Shown here piece after piece: positions 7,947 to 17,757 of a stretch of DNA of 64,000 nt. Position 1 is the stretch's first letter. Every line of letters begins with the position of its first letter. The notes under the pieces are model-generated. The model was given only the letters and a program-made list of their open reading frames with translations. It was not told the DNA's origin and made no database searches. Both the position numbers and the translations under genes were made by a program. Source of the DNA: Gaiellales bacterium (GTDB lineage Bacteria > Actinomycetota > Thermoleophilia > Gaiellales > JAICJC01); NCBI GenBank assembly GCA_038212095.1, contig JBBQUW010000007.1, forward strand, positions 49,945-113,944, read 5' to 3'.

Positions 7947-8852
7947 ATGCGGGTACTGATCATGCAGGATGTCTCGCCGACCGGGCTGGCCGAGCTGAGC
8001 GACCACGAGCTGGTGCGTGGATCTGATCCCGAAGGCTGCGATGCCGCCGTCTGCTACCTCGTCGACCTCATCGACGAGCAGTTCCTGGCCACACCAGGGC
8101 TGCGCGCACTGGCCACCGTGTCGGTCGGTCTCGACCACGTCGACCTCGTTGCCGCCGAGCGGTTCGGCATTCCGATCGCGTACACCCCGGACGTTCTCAC
8201 CGAGGCAACCGCCGATCTCACCTTCGCGCTGATGCTGGGCGCCGCCCGCCGCATGGGGGAGGCAGAGCGGTACCTGCGCGCCGGGCGCTGGACGGAGTGG
8301 AGCTTCGATCTGCTGCTCGGCACCGACGTGCACGGAAAAACGCTTGGCATCGTCGGCCCGGGACGCATCGGGCGGGCGGTCGCGCGCCGTGCCGAGGGCT
8401 TCGGCATGCGAGTGTTATTCGCCGGCCGTGATCGGGAAGAGCTGGACCGCGTGCTGGCCGAATCTGACTTCGTGGCGGTGACGGTGCCTCTGTCCGACGC
8501 CACCCGCCACCTGATAGGCGCGCCGGAGCTTGCCCGCATGAAGCCGGGCTCGATCTTGGTCAACGCGAGCCGCGGCGCGGTGGTGGACGAGCAGGCGCTG
8601 GCCGGCGCGCTGCGCTCCAAGCATCTGGCCGCCGCCGGCCTGGACGTGTTCGAGAACGAGCCGCAGGTGCACCCCTCCCTGCTGGCGTGTGAGACGGCGC
8701 TGTTGGTGCCCCACATCGGCTCGGCTACCAGCGAGACGCGCGAAGGGATGGCGCGGCTCGCCTGCCGCGGTCTGGCCCAGATACTGCGCGGTGAGCGCCC
8801 CCCCAACCTGGCGAATCCGCAGGTGTGGCCGATCGTGGCGGAGGCTCGCTGA
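7947..8852 (+). CDS. D-isomer-specific 2-hydroxyacid dehydrogenase (glyoxylate/hydroxypyruvate reductase-like)
   Basis: NAD-binding GKTLGIVGPGRIGRAVA, plus the catalytic region NASRGAVVDE and PHIGSAT. Confidence 0.9.
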   Translation: MRVLIMQDVSPTGLAELSDHELVRGSDPEGCDAAVCYLVDLIDEQFLATPGLRALATVSVGLDHVDLVAAERFGIPIAYTPDVLTEATADLTFALMLGAARRMGEAERYLRAGRWTEWSFDLLLGTDVHGKTLGIVGPGRIGRAVARRAEGFGMRVLFAGRDREELDRVLAESDFVAVTVPLSDATRHLIGAPELARMKPGSILVNASRGAVVDEQALAGALRSKHLAAAGLDVFENEPQVHPSLLACETALLVPHIGSATSETREGMARLACRGLAQILRGERPPNLANPQVWPIVAEAR

Positions 8853-9232
8853 TGGCTCGCCGAGCGGTCACGGTCGACGTCACCCGGCTCGGCCCCTACT
8901 CGCCGGCGATCATCGCCGAGGGCCGGTTCGTGTTCGTTTCGGGGCAGGGTCCGCTGCGGGACGGTCGGTACGATCCCGGCAGCGGCGTGGGTGACGAGAC
9001 GCGGCTGGCGCTCGAGAACCTGCTCACGATCCTGGCGGCGGCCGACTGCAGCGCCGCCGATGTCGTGCGCTGCGGCGTGTTCCTGGTGGACATCGGCGAT
9101 TTTGACGAGATGAACGCTGCGTACGCCGCGGCCTTCCCCGATCCGGCGCCGGCGCGGACGACCGTCCAGGTGGCGGCGCTGCCTGCCGGCATCCGGGTCG
9201 AGATCGACTGCATCGCAGTGCTGCCGGAGTAG
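8852..9232 (+). CDS. RidA/YjgF/TdcF-family reactive-intermediate deaminase
   Basis: GPYSPAIIAEGRFVFVSGQGP and ARTTVQVAALPAGIRVEIDCIA. ATG8852 overlaps the upstream stop (TGATG). Confidence 0.85.
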   Translation: MARRAVTVDVTRLGPYSPAIIAEGRFVFVSGQGPLRDGRYDPGSGVGDETRLALENLLTILAAADCSAADVVRCGVFLVDIGDFDEMNAAYAAAFPDPAPARTTVQVAALPAGIRVEIDCIAVLPE

Positions 9233-9233
9233 C

Positions 9234-9890
9234 TCAGCCAGCCTGCGGCGGCTCGGCGGTGGGCGCGAACAGGTCGCGCACGCCGCTTCGCTTGGGCCGC
9301 TCGACGGTTACCTGCAGCGGCTGATCGAGCTTGTCGATCACGCCGTCCACGCCACCCCCGACATGCTCGACGAGCGCCGACAGGGTGGCCACGTCCTGGC
9401 GCAACGCCGCCATCCCGGTCGAGATCAGGTCGACCACCAGCTCCAAGTCCTCGATCCGGCCCAGCCGCTCGGCCAGCAGGTCGCGGTTGACCTGATCGAC
9501 CTGGCGCGAGAGGCCGCGAAGCAGCTCGCGCAGTTCGTCCGCCCGGCGCCCGTCGGAGTGGCTGCTCATGGCCCGCTCGACCGCCCGCTCGACGTGCTCG
9601 GGCAGGCTCTGTTCCAGGGAAGCCGCGGTCGAACGCAGCTCGTCGACGTGACTCTCGGCCCTGGCGAGGATCGTCCGCAGGTCGGGCATGGTCGGCCGCT
9701 CCCCGCCCAGGCCGTCCGACTCCGGCTCGTCACCACCCCGGGCGCGCGCCCGCAGCTCCTGTATTCGACGGTAGAGCTGAGCTTCGGCCTCTTGCATGGG
9801 GGTACGCCCGGCGTCCATCTCGCGACAGTCTACCGTCTCGTCCGGCTCGGTTGGTAATCTCGCGGTTGCCGTCTTTGGGAGGTCTGTCAT
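9234..9890 (-). CDS. Hypothetical coiled-coil protein
   Basis: Protein-like, charged, heptad-like composition with no family recognised. Start uncertain among ATG9890, ATG9818 and ATG9797. Confidence 0.5.
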   Translation of the reverse strand: MTDLPKTATARLPTEPDETVDCREMDAGRTPMQEAEAQLYRRIQELRARARGGDEPESDGLGGERPTMPDLRTILARAESHVDELRSTAASLEQSLPEHVERAVERAMSSHSDGRRADELRELLRGLSRQVDQVNRDLLAERLGRIEDLELVVDLISTGMAALRQDVATLSALVEHVGGGVDGVIDKLDQPLQVTVERPKRSGVRDLFAPTAEPPQAG

Positions 9891-10272
9891 GCACGAATAC
9901 GACGACGAGGTCAGCTATACCCGGATCATCGATCCGGCCCCAAGCGGCGACGAGTTCGCGCCGCCGCCGCGCGGCGAACGGCCGGCTCTGGTGTGGCGCC
10001 CGCGGCTGGGCGAGGATCAGGCCTACCAGCTCGAAGGGCGAATCACCAAGCTCGGGCGCCATGACGAGAACCACATCGTACTGGCCGGGCCAACCGTCTC
10101 GGCACGCCATGCAACCGTGCGGATCGAGCCGATCGGCGTGGTGCTGGAGGACGAGGGCAGCCTCAACGGCACGTTCGTGAACGGCGAGCGGATCGAGCAG
10201 CGCCTGCTCGAGGAGGGCGACCGTATTCAGGTCGGCCCTCACCTGCTCGTGTTCGTGCCGGCCGCGAGCTAG
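9889..10272 (+). CDS. FHA-domain protein
   Basis: FHA core KLGRHDENHIVLAGPTVSARHATV...DEGSLNGTFVNGERI. GGGAGG Shine-Dalgarno before ATG9889. Confidence 0.85.
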   Translation: MHEYDDEVSYTRIIDPAPSGDEFAPPPRGERPALVWRPRLGEDQAYQLEGRITKLGRHDENHIVLAGPTVSARHATVRIEPIGVVLEDEGSLNGTFVNGERIEQRLLEEGDRIQVGPHLLVFVPAAS

Positions 10273-10301
10273 AGGCCGGTGCTGGAGTGGGCTACGGGCC
10301 G

Positions 10302-10757
10302 CTACTCGGCGTCGAACGCCAGGGCCGACCACGACGGCACCGGCGCCAACTCCAGCAGGGGTGCTTGGTCGCTGGGCATGCGGTACGCGAAGCTGCCCGA
10401 TGTCTCGTCGAACGAGACGTCCAACAGCCCCTGCTTGACGCGGTGATCCAGCCAAGCCCCGCGGAACACCAGCTTGCGCAGCCAGTAGCTGAGCGGCTCC
10501 GGGTGCATCGCGTCGAGCGCGACCTGGTGTACGCGCAGGTGGCGGCCGAGCGCCGTGTGCTCGGAGCGCACCCGGCCCGCCGAGGTCAGCTCGACCAGGT
10601 CGTCCGCCTCATCGGCGGTCAGGTCTCGCTGTGGCACCAGCTGCAGCCGGACGGCCGCGGCCACCACCCGCTGGGTGAAGTCGGTGCGCGAGAAGCCGTA
10701 CCGATAGTCGAGGAACTCGACCACGAAGTCGTCGCCAGAGTGATAGTCCGCGTCCAC
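10302..10757 (-). CDS. Hypothetical protein
   Basis: Protein-like composition and no recognisable domain. The ORF-track N-terminus (to 10847) is Arg/Pro-rich and overlaps the divergent DUF192 start. GTG10757 is proposed as the start without Shine-Dalgarno support. Confidence 0.4.
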   Translation of the reverse strand: MDADYHSGDDFVVEFLDYRYGFSRTDFTQRVVAAAVRLQLVPQRDLTADEADDLVELTSAGRVRSEHTALGRHLRVHQVALDAMHPEPLSYWLRKLVFRGAWLDHRVKQGLLDVSFDETSGSFAYRMPSDQAPLLELAPVPSWSALAFDAE

Positions 10758-10774
10758 CGAGAGGAAGAGTAACG

Positions 10775-11116
10775 ATGCCCCGATTTCGACTCGAGCGCGG
10801 CCCGGTCGTCTGCGAGCAGGGCGTGGTGGCGGACACCGCCTGGTCACGGAGCAAAGGCCTGCTGGGGCGCAGCGGCATGGGCGAACAGGAGGGCCTGTGG
10901 ATCCAGCCCACCAGCTCGATCCACATGTGGTTCATGCGATTTGCGATCGATGTGGTGTGGGCCGCCGACGACGGCCGAGTGCTCAAGCTTGTCGAGAGCA
11001 TCCGGCCGTGGCGGATGTCGTTTTGCCGTGGCGCCAAGGTGGCGCTCGAGCTGCCCGTGGGCGCGATCGCGCGCAGCGGCGTACGGGTGGGGGATTACCT
11101 GGTGATCGAACGCTGA
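10775..11116 (+). CDS. DUF192-family protein
   Basis: 113 aa with the DUF192-like pattern KGLLGR...IHMWFMRFAIDVVW...VALELPVGA...VGD. AGGAAGAG Shine-Dalgarno before ATG10775. Confidence 0.7.
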   Translation: MPRFRLERGPVVCEQGVVADTAWSRSKGLLGRSGMGEQEGLWIQPTSSIHMWFMRFAIDVVWAADDGRVLKLVESIRPWRMSFCRGAKVALELPVGAIARSGVRVGDYLVIER

Positions 11117-11129
11117 TCGCCGCGGCGAC

Positions 11130-12776
11130 CTACTTCGACAGCCACATCTCCGGTAGCAGCTCGAAGTAGCTGCCCGTGAACACCAGGCCGTGCAGCTTGG
11201 GCGAGACGAACTTCGCCTCCTCCAGGTGCAGGAACGGCGCCCAGCCGGCGTCGTGCTGCATGAAGTAGGCATCGATCGCCGCCCAAGCGGCGTTGCGCTG
11301 TGCGCCCAGCGGCATCCGCTTGGTGGCGTCGATCATCGCGTTCAGCCGCGGGTCGTTCGTGTTCGACACGTCGTTGTTGCCAACCTTGACGATGTGCTCG
11401 CCGTTGAGGGTGGTGTCGATGAAGTCCTCGCCCTCAGGAAAGTCCTGGTCGAAGTGGTTGAACGCGATCTGGGGATCGCTGCGTTGGATCAGCAGCGTGT
11501 CCCAGTACACGGAGTCGTCCAGCGTCTTGACGCCGGTCACGTCGAGGCCGATCGAGCTCAGCACCGAGGCGAGGTACTGGGCCGCCTTGGGCGCTGGGTC
11601 GGCGTTTGTCGTCCAGATCTCGACCTTGGCGCCGGTGGCGCCGGCGTCCTGCACCAACTGCTTCGCCTTGGGAACGTCGTGGGGATAGAGGTGGTGCTCG
11701 ACGTAGCTCGAACCGAACCCGGGCGGCAGCACCGTCTCGGACGCCGTCGCCTGGCCGCCGAAGATCTTCACCAGCGCATTACGGTCGATCGCATAGTTGA
11801 CCGCCTGTCGCACCTGCAGCTTGTCGAACGGCGGCTTCAGCGAGTTCATCGAGAAGTACGTCACGTTGTTGCGTGGAAACAGGTGTACCTGGTTTGGGTA
11901 CTGCGGCTTGAGCGCCGTCCAGCGGTCGGCAGGCACGGCCTCCATGTACCAGTCGAGCTGGCCCGAGATCGTCTCGTTGACCGCCTGCTCGGGGGTGACA
12001 CCGATCGTGACGTCGATCTCGTCCAGGTGTCCATTGGGCGAGTTGGACGTCCACTGGTGGAAGTTTGGGTTGCGCTTGAGCACGATCTGCTGCTTGGGCA
12101 CGTAGCTGGTGATCATGTAGGGGCCGGTCGCGATCCGCCACTGGGCGTCGGTCGAGATGTCTTTGTACGGTGTGCCTTTTGGCACCGCAAACGCGAACGG
12201 GATGGCAAGGTCGTCCAGGAACGCGCCATCCGGCTGCACCAGGTGGAAGGTGATGGTCATCGAGGCGTCGTTCGCGACGATGCCGGAGATGTGGGGCGCG
12301 CTGTGAGCGGCGTAGGCGTCCGCCCCGACGATGTCCGAGTAGAAGCCGACCCCGGGCGAGCCGACGTGGAACAGCCGCTCGATCGAGTACTGGAAGTCGG
12401 AGGGCTTCACCTCGCGGCTGACCGGCGGCGAGAACATGACGCCCTTGCGAACCGTGAAGGTGTAGGTTCGTCCCCCGTTGCTGACCGTTGGCATCGCCGA
12501 CGCGATGTCGGGCAGGATCGTCGCCTGCGCGCCGCCACCCGCCTTCTTGAACGTGAGCAGGCCGTTGTTGGTGGCCTCCAACAGCTGCCAGCCCTCGACC
12601 GCGAACGCGATGCCGGTATCAAGGTGATCCGGGTTGTCGGGAATGCCGGCGTGCAGGGTTCCACCGTTGACAGGCGTCGTGGCCGAGCCGCCCCCGCCTG
12701 AGTTGGCCGAGCTGCCCGAGGAGCAGCCTGCGAGTGCGAAGGCCGCGAGGATGACAGCGATCAGCTGGCGGTACAT
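11130..12776 (-). CDS. ABC transporter substrate-binding lipoprotein, family 5 (peptide/opine/nickel type), paralog 1
   Basis: Lipobox LAGCSS and DppA/OppA-like length and motifs. AGGAG Shine-Dalgarno. 548 aa, the same length as the paralog at 14756..16402. Confidence 0.9.
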   Translation of the reverse strand: MYRQLIAVILAAFALAGCSSGSSANSGGGGSATTPVNGGTLHAGIPDNPDHLDTGIAFAVEGWQLLEATNNGLLTFKKAGGGAQATILPDIASAMPTVSNGGRTYTFTVRKGVMFSPPVSREVKPSDFQYSIERLFHVGSPGVGFYSDIVGADAYAAHSAPHISGIVANDASMTITFHLVQPDGAFLDDLAIPFAFAVPKGTPYKDISTDAQWRIATGPYMITSYVPKQQIVLKRNPNFHQWTSNSPNGHLDEIDVTIGVTPEQAVNETISGQLDWYMEAVPADRWTALKPQYPNQVHLFPRNNVTYFSMNSLKPPFDKLQVRQAVNYAIDRNALVKIFGGQATASETVLPPGFGSSYVEHHLYPHDVPKAKQLVQDAGATGAKVEIWTTNADPAPKAAQYLASVLSSIGLDVTGVKTLDDSVYWDTLLIQRSDPQIAFNHFDQDFPEGEDFIDTTLNGEHIVKVGNNDVSNTNDPRLNAMIDATKRMPLGAQRNAAWAAIDAYFMQHDAGWAPFLHLEEAKFVSPKLHGLVFTGSYFELLPEMWLSK

Positions 12777-12804
12777 GTGCAGCTCCTGGCTTGAAGGGGG
12801 GTGT

Positions 12805-13773
12805 TCACGATGCGCGGCTGCGCGGGTCGAGCCACAGGTAGGCGACGTCGACCAGGGTGTTGAATATGACGACGAAGAATGCGCCGTACATGGTGAGAGC
12901 CATCAGCGGCGGCAGATCGAGGTGGGCAACGGATTCCTGGGCATACTGGCCGACGCCCTCGAGGCCGAAGATCGGCTCGATCAGGATCACGGTGCCGCCC
13001 ACCGCGGCGCCGAAATCGAGGCCGAACAGCGTCACGACCGGGATCAGGCAGGTGCGCAGCGTGTGGCGGGTCAGCACCCGCCACGACGAGAGTCCCTTCG
13101 CCCTGGCGGTGCGCACGTAGTCCAGGTGGCGGGTCTCGAGCAGGGAGCTGCGAACGACGCGGGCGTAGAACCCGATCGAGACGACCGCCAGGGTGATCCA
13201 GGGCAGGAAGAGGTGGGTCGCCCAGTCCAGCGGGCTGTGGCTGATCGGCACATACTGGCCGGCGGGGATCCATGAGAACAGCGGATTGGAGGCGTAGCGG
13301 AACGTCAGCAGGTAGAGCAGCACCGCGCCCAGCCAGAAGATCGGCATCGAGACGCCCGCCAACGCCACGATCGTCAGTACTCGGTCGAGCCAGCGGCCCT
13401 GGTAGATGCCTGATACCACGCCGGTCGTGACGCCGAATACCAGCCAGATCAGCCCGGCGCCGATCGCGAGCGAGAGCGTGCGCGGGATGCCGCGCTGGAT
13501 GGCCGGCACCACCGGCGTCTGATCCTGGTAGCTGATCAGGTCGCGTTTGATGAAAAGCCGCTCCATCATGTCGCCGTACTGCACGATCACGGGCCGGTCG
13601 AAGCCCCAGTCGCGGCGGATCTGGCGGATGTTCTCCTGCGTCGGGTGGCGGCCCGCCAGCCGCAGCGCCGGATCGCCGCCGGGAATCACGTTGAAGATCA
13701 CGAACACGAGTACCGAGATCGCGAACAGCACCGCGATCAGGCCGGCGATGCGCGTCGCCACGGCTCGTGCCAT
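12805..13773 (-). CDS. ABC transporter permease (DppB/OppB-like)
   Basis: N-terminal VFVIFNVIPGGDPA and the EAA-loop region YVRTARAKGLSSWRVLTRHTLR. Multiple TM segments. Confidence 0.9.
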   Translation of the reverse strand: MARAVATRIAGLIAVLFAISVLVFVIFNVIPGGDPALRLAGRHPTQENIRQIRRDWGFDRPVIVQYGDMMERLFIKRDLISYQDQTPVVPAIQRGIPRTLSLAIGAGLIWLVFGVTTGVVSGIYQGRWLDRVLTIVALAGVSMPIFWLGAVLLYLLTFRYASNPLFSWIPAGQYVPISHSPLDWATHLFLPWITLAVVSIGFYARVVRSSLLETRHLDYVRTARAKGLSSWRVLTRHTLRTCLIPVVTLFGLDFGAAVGGTVILIEPIFGLEGVGQYAQESVAHLDLPPLMALTMYGAFFVVIFNTLVDVAYLWLDPRSRAS

Positions 13774-14759
13774 CAGCCCCGCAACCTGATCTTGCTATGG
13801 GGATCGAAAGCGTCGCGGACGGCGTCTCCCAACACGTTCAAAGAGACGACCGTGAGCATGATGGCGATGCCAGGGGCGACCGTCAGCGCAGGCGCGGTGA
13901 CGATCGTCTGGTAGCCCTGCTCGATGATGTTGCCCCAGCTTGGCGTCAGGATCGGGACGCCGACGCCCAGGAACGAGAGTGCGGCCTCGGTGAGGATGTT
14001 GTTCGCGACGATCAAGGTCAGGAACACGAGCGTGATCGACGCGATGTTGGGCAGCAGTTCGACCACCATGATCCGCACCGGCCCGGCACCTGACGCCTCG
14101 GCCGCCTCGATGAACTCCATCCGGCGCAGCGAGCGCACCTGGCCGCGGATCGGTCGTGCCACATAGGGGACGTAGACGATCGCGATCACCACGATCGGGA
14201 TCGCAAGCGAACTGGAGGCGACGTGTAGCGGGCCGATCGCGATGCCGCCGACCGCGAACGCCGTGGCCAGCGCGACCGCCAGCAGATAGACCGGAAACGA
14301 CCAGATCAGGTCAAGCAGGCGCGAGATGACCGAGTCGGTGAATCCGCCGACGTAGCCCGACAGGACGCCCAGCAGCAGCGCCAATCCGACGCACAGGAGC
14401 GCCGACAGCGCCCCCACCTCAAGGGACACGCGGCCGCCGTAGAGCAGCCGCACGAACAGGTCGCGGCCGTTGGAATCGGCGCCGAGCAGGTAGCAGGTGC
14501 GCCACCCCGGCCCGATCGGCGTGCCGTCGTTGGCCACCACCTGCAGCTTGTGGCCACCGTCGTTGATCGTCCCCTGGATGTTCTGGCGGTCGGGGCCGTT
14601 GTGGCAGACGTGCGAGACGTACAGTGGCGCGCCCGGGAAGCAGGCGAACAGGATCAGCAGCAGGATGATGGTCGAGCCGATCGCGGCCGGGTTGCGGCGA
14701 AGCTGCCGCCAGGCCGGGCCGAAGCCGCCGCTCGCGGCCGCGACCGGCTCGTCGCTCAC
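13773..14759 (-). CDS. ABC transporter permease (DppC/OppC-like)
   Basis: EAA-loop region EFIEAAEASGAGPVRIMVVELLPN. Start trimmed to GTG14759, which overlaps the upstream stop (GTGA). Confidence 0.85.
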   Translation of the reverse strand: MSDEPVAAASGGFGPAWRQLRRNPAAIGSTIILLLILFACFPGAPLYVSHVCHNGPDRQNIQGTINDGGHKLQVVANDGTPIGPGWRTCYLLGADSNGRDLFVRLLYGGRVSLEVGALSALLCVGLALLLGVLSGYVGGFTDSVISRLLDLIWSFPVYLLAVALATAFAVGGIAIGPLHVASSSLAIPIVVIAIVYVPYVARPIRGQVRSLRRMEFIEAAEASGAGPVRIMVVELLPNIASITLVFLTLIVANNILTEAALSFLGVGVPILTPSWGNIIEQGYQTIVTAPALTVAPGIAIMLTVVSLNVLGDAVRDAFDPHSKIRLRG

Positions 14760-16402
14760 TTGCTCAGGTACATGGACGGGAACAGCTCGAAGTAGTTGCC
14801 GTTGAAGACCAGCCCGTGCACTCGCGTGGACACAAACTTGGGCCACTGGCGGTTCATGAACGGCGCCCAGCCGGCGTCGTTCTTCATGAACAGATAGTCG
14901 AGCTTTGCCCACAGCGCGTTGCGGGCGTCACCCAGCGGCATCCGCTTGGCCCTATCGATCATCGCGTTGTACGCGGAGATATTGGTGTTGGTGAGGTCGT
15001 TGTTGCCGACGTTGACGATGTGCTCGCCGTTCAGCGCCACATCGATGAAGTCCTGGCTCTCCGGGTAGTCCTGATTCCAGTCCGTGAAGCCGATCTGGGG
15101 GTCGCCCTTCTGGGTCGCGATCGTGTCCCAGTAGACCGATTCGTCGAACGTCTTGACCGTCGCCTTGAGGCCGATCGAGTTGAGCACGCCGGCCAGGTAC
15201 TGCACCGCGGTCGGCGTGGGGCTGGTGTTGTGTCCCCATACCACGACGCTCGCGCCGGCGACGCCGGCCTGCTGGATCAACTGCTTCGCCTTGCCAAGGT
15301 TGTATGGGTAGAGGTCGTGCTTGACGTAGGCGGTGCCCAGCCCGGGCGGGAGGATGTTCTCGGTCGCGCTGCCCTGACCGCCGTAGATCTTGACCAGCGC
15401 ATTTCGGTCGATCGCATAGTTGACCGCCTGGCGCACCGCCAGCTTGGTGAACGGGAACTTGCGCTCGTTCATGAAGAAGTAGGTGATGTTGTTGCGCACG
15501 AATGGGAAGACCTGCTTGGGATAGCGGGCCTTGAGCTCGGTCAGGCGATCCGGTGGCACCGACTCGAAGTACCAGTCGAGCTGTCCGCTGGCGATCTCGT
15601 TGACCGACTGCTCCGGCGTGACGCCGATGGCGACGTCGACACCGTCGATGTGGCCGTTCGGCGTGTCCGGCGTCCACGACGTGAAGGTCGGGTTGCGGCG
15701 GATCGTGATCGACTGGTGCGGCACGTAGTTGGTGATCTCGTACGGGCCGGTGGCGACGCGCCACTGGGCGATCGTCGAGATGTCCTTGTCCGGTGTGCCT
15801 ACCGGCAGCGCGAATGCGAACGGCGTTGCGATGTAGTCGTTGAAGGTGCCGTCCGGCTGGGTCAGGTGGAAGGTGATCGTCATCGCCTTGTCGTCCGCGA
15901 CGATGCCGGATATGCCGCCCTTGCGGCTCTTGGCGTAGCTGTCGGCACCGACGATGCCGGTGAAGAAGCCGACGCCGCCAGAGTCGACGCGAAACAGACG
16001 CTCGATCGAGAACTTGAAGTCGGATGGTTTCACCTCGCGGCTGACGGGAGCGGAGAACATCACCCCGGACCGCAGGTGGAAGGTGTAGGTCTTGCCGCCA
16101 TCGGTCACCATCGGCATGGCGTCGGCGATATCGGGCACCACCGTCGCACCGGCGCCGCCGCTGGCCTTCTTGAATGTCAGCAGGCCGTTGTTGGTCGCTT
16201 CCAGTATTTCCCAGCCCTCGTTGGTGTAGGACAGTGCGGGATCGAGATGGTCGGGGTTGCCGGGGATGCCGGCCTTGAGGATGCCGCCGTTGACCGGCGT
16301 CCCGGAGTCGCTACCACCACCGCTGGAGCTGGAGCCGCTGCCGCAGCCGCTCGCCAGCGCGATCGCCGCCACAGCGGCTACTGCTGCCATCCGTGCCTTC
16401 AT
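14756..16402 (-). CDS. ABC transporter substrate-binding lipoprotein, family 5, paralog 2
   Basis: Lipobox LASGCGS. 548 aa and colinear with 11130..12776 over the full length (roughly 60% identical by eye). Confidence 0.9.
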   Translation of the reverse strand: MKARMAAVAAVAAIALASGCGSGSSSSGGGSDSGTPVNGGILKAGIPGNPDHLDPALSYTNEGWEILEATNNGLLTFKKASGGAGATVVPDIADAMPMVTDGGKTYTFHLRSGVMFSAPVSREVKPSDFKFSIERLFRVDSGGVGFFTGIVGADSYAKSRKGGISGIVADDKAMTITFHLTQPDGTFNDYIATPFAFALPVGTPDKDISTIAQWRVATGPYEITNYVPHQSITIRRNPTFTSWTPDTPNGHIDGVDVAIGVTPEQSVNEIASGQLDWYFESVPPDRLTELKARYPKQVFPFVRNNITYFFMNERKFPFTKLAVRQAVNYAIDRNALVKIYGGQGSATENILPPGLGTAYVKHDLYPYNLGKAKQLIQQAGVAGASVVVWGHNTSPTPTAVQYLAGVLNSIGLKATVKTFDESVYWDTIATQKGDPQIGFTDWNQDYPESQDFIDVALNGEHIVNVGNNDLTNTNISAYNAMIDRAKRMPLGDARNALWAKLDYLFMKNDAGWAPFMNRQWPKFVSTRVHGLVFNGNYFELFPSMYLSK

Positions 16403-17757
16403 CGGAGTCCTCCCATCGGGCCCACGTCGCCGCGGCGAGCAGCATCTGCGACCGCCGCCATCGCGTCGTCGGCCGCCGTCAATGTGCGGTCGATGTCGTC
16501 GTCGGTATGTGCCGCCGAGCTCAAGAACAGTCCCTCCTGTGGCGGCTGGATAAGGATGCCGCGGGCGCGCAGTTCGCGGTATAACGTGAAGAACGGGCTG
16601 GCCTGGACGATCCGGTGCGCCTCGCGGTAACCGGTCGGTGGCGTGGCGCAGAACCAGAGCTGGAACATCGCGCCCACCCCCGACCAGCAGGCCTCCAGCC
16701 CGGCGCCATGCGCGCTCGCCACCAAGCCGTCCGCAAGCCGCGCGCCACGCTGGTTGAGCCGCTCATAGAAGCCGTCGGCGCCGGTCTCGGCGGCGGCGGC
16801 GATCACGGCTGCGCAGGCCACCGCGTTCGAGTTGTACGTCCCGCCGTGCATCGTGCGGCCGTCCGCTGCCATTTCCATCACCTCACGCCTGCCGCCCAGC
16901 GCGGCGACCGGATAGCCGGCGCCCAGCGCCTTGGCCATCACCGTCAGATCCGGATCGACGGCGAACATCTCCTGCGCGCCGCCCGGGCCGATCCGGTAGC
17001 CGGTCAGCACCTCGTCGAAGATCAGCAGCGCTCCGGCCTCTGTCGCCAGCTCGCGCATCCGCTGCAGGTAGCCGGGCGAGGGCATCAGCGCGCCGCAGTT
17101 GCCCAGGATCGGCTCGGTGATGACGGCCGCGATCCGCTCGCCGTGTGCGGCGAACGCCGCCTCCAGGGCTGCGGTGTCGTTCCACGTTGCCACCAGCAGG
17201 CTGTCGGCCACGCCCGCCGGGATGCCGCTCGACCCGGGCAGCACGGCGGGGCTGTTGCGATCGCCCCACTCGTCCGGGCCGGGATGTGCCGACCAGTGGA
17301 TCGCGTCCGACCAACCGTGGTAATGGCCCTCGAAGCGAAGAATCAGATCACGGCCTGTAAATGCGCGTGCGAACCGCAGCGCGTACATGGCCGCCTCGGT
17401 GCCGGAGCTCGAGAAGCGCACCAGATCGACGGCCGGCATCCGCCGGCAGACCGTCTCGGCCGCCTCGCCCTCCAGGTCGTGGGCGAGCGAGAACAGCGAT
17501 CCGCGCTCGCTGATCGTGCGCGTCACCGCCTCGCCGACCGAAGCCGGCCGGTGTCCGAGGATCAGTGGCCCCTGGCCCATCACATAGTCCAGGTAGCGAT
17601 TGCCATCCTCATCCGTGATCCAGGCGGCTTGGCCGCTGCGCACGAAAACCGGCTCCGGCAGCCAGCCGGAGCGCGGGGCGCGGGTACCCGATCCGACGCC
17701 CCCTACGAGATGCTGCGCCGCGCGCTCGAACAACTGCCGTGATCTGTCGCTGCTCAT
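16399..17757 (-). CDS. Class-III PLP-dependent aminotransferase (glutamate-1-semialdehyde aminomutase-like)
   Basis: FDEVLTGYRIGPGG and the PLP-lysine region TVMAKALGAGYPVAALGG. 4-nt overlaps with both neighbours. Confidence 0.85.
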   Translation of the reverse strand: MSSDRSRQLFERAAQHLVGGVGSGTRAPRSGWLPEPVFVRSGQAAWITDEDGNRYLDYVMGQGPLILGHRPASVGEAVTRTISERGSLFSLAHDLEGEAAETVCRRMPAVDLVRFSSSGTEAAMYALRFARAFTGRDLILRFEGHYHGWSDAIHWSAHPGPDEWGDRNSPAVLPGSSGIPAGVADSLLVATWNDTAALEAAFAAHGERIAAVITEPILGNCGALMPSPGYLQRMRELATEAGALLIFDEVLTGYRIGPGGAQEMFAVDPDLTVMAKALGAGYPVAALGGRREVMEMAADGRTMHGGTYNSNAVACAAVIAAAAETGADGFYERLNQRGARLADGLVASAHGAGLEACWSGVGAMFQLWFCATPPTGYREAHRIVQASPFFTLYRELRARGILIQPPQEGLFLSSAAHTDDDIDRTLTAADDAMAAVADAARRGDVGPMGGLR

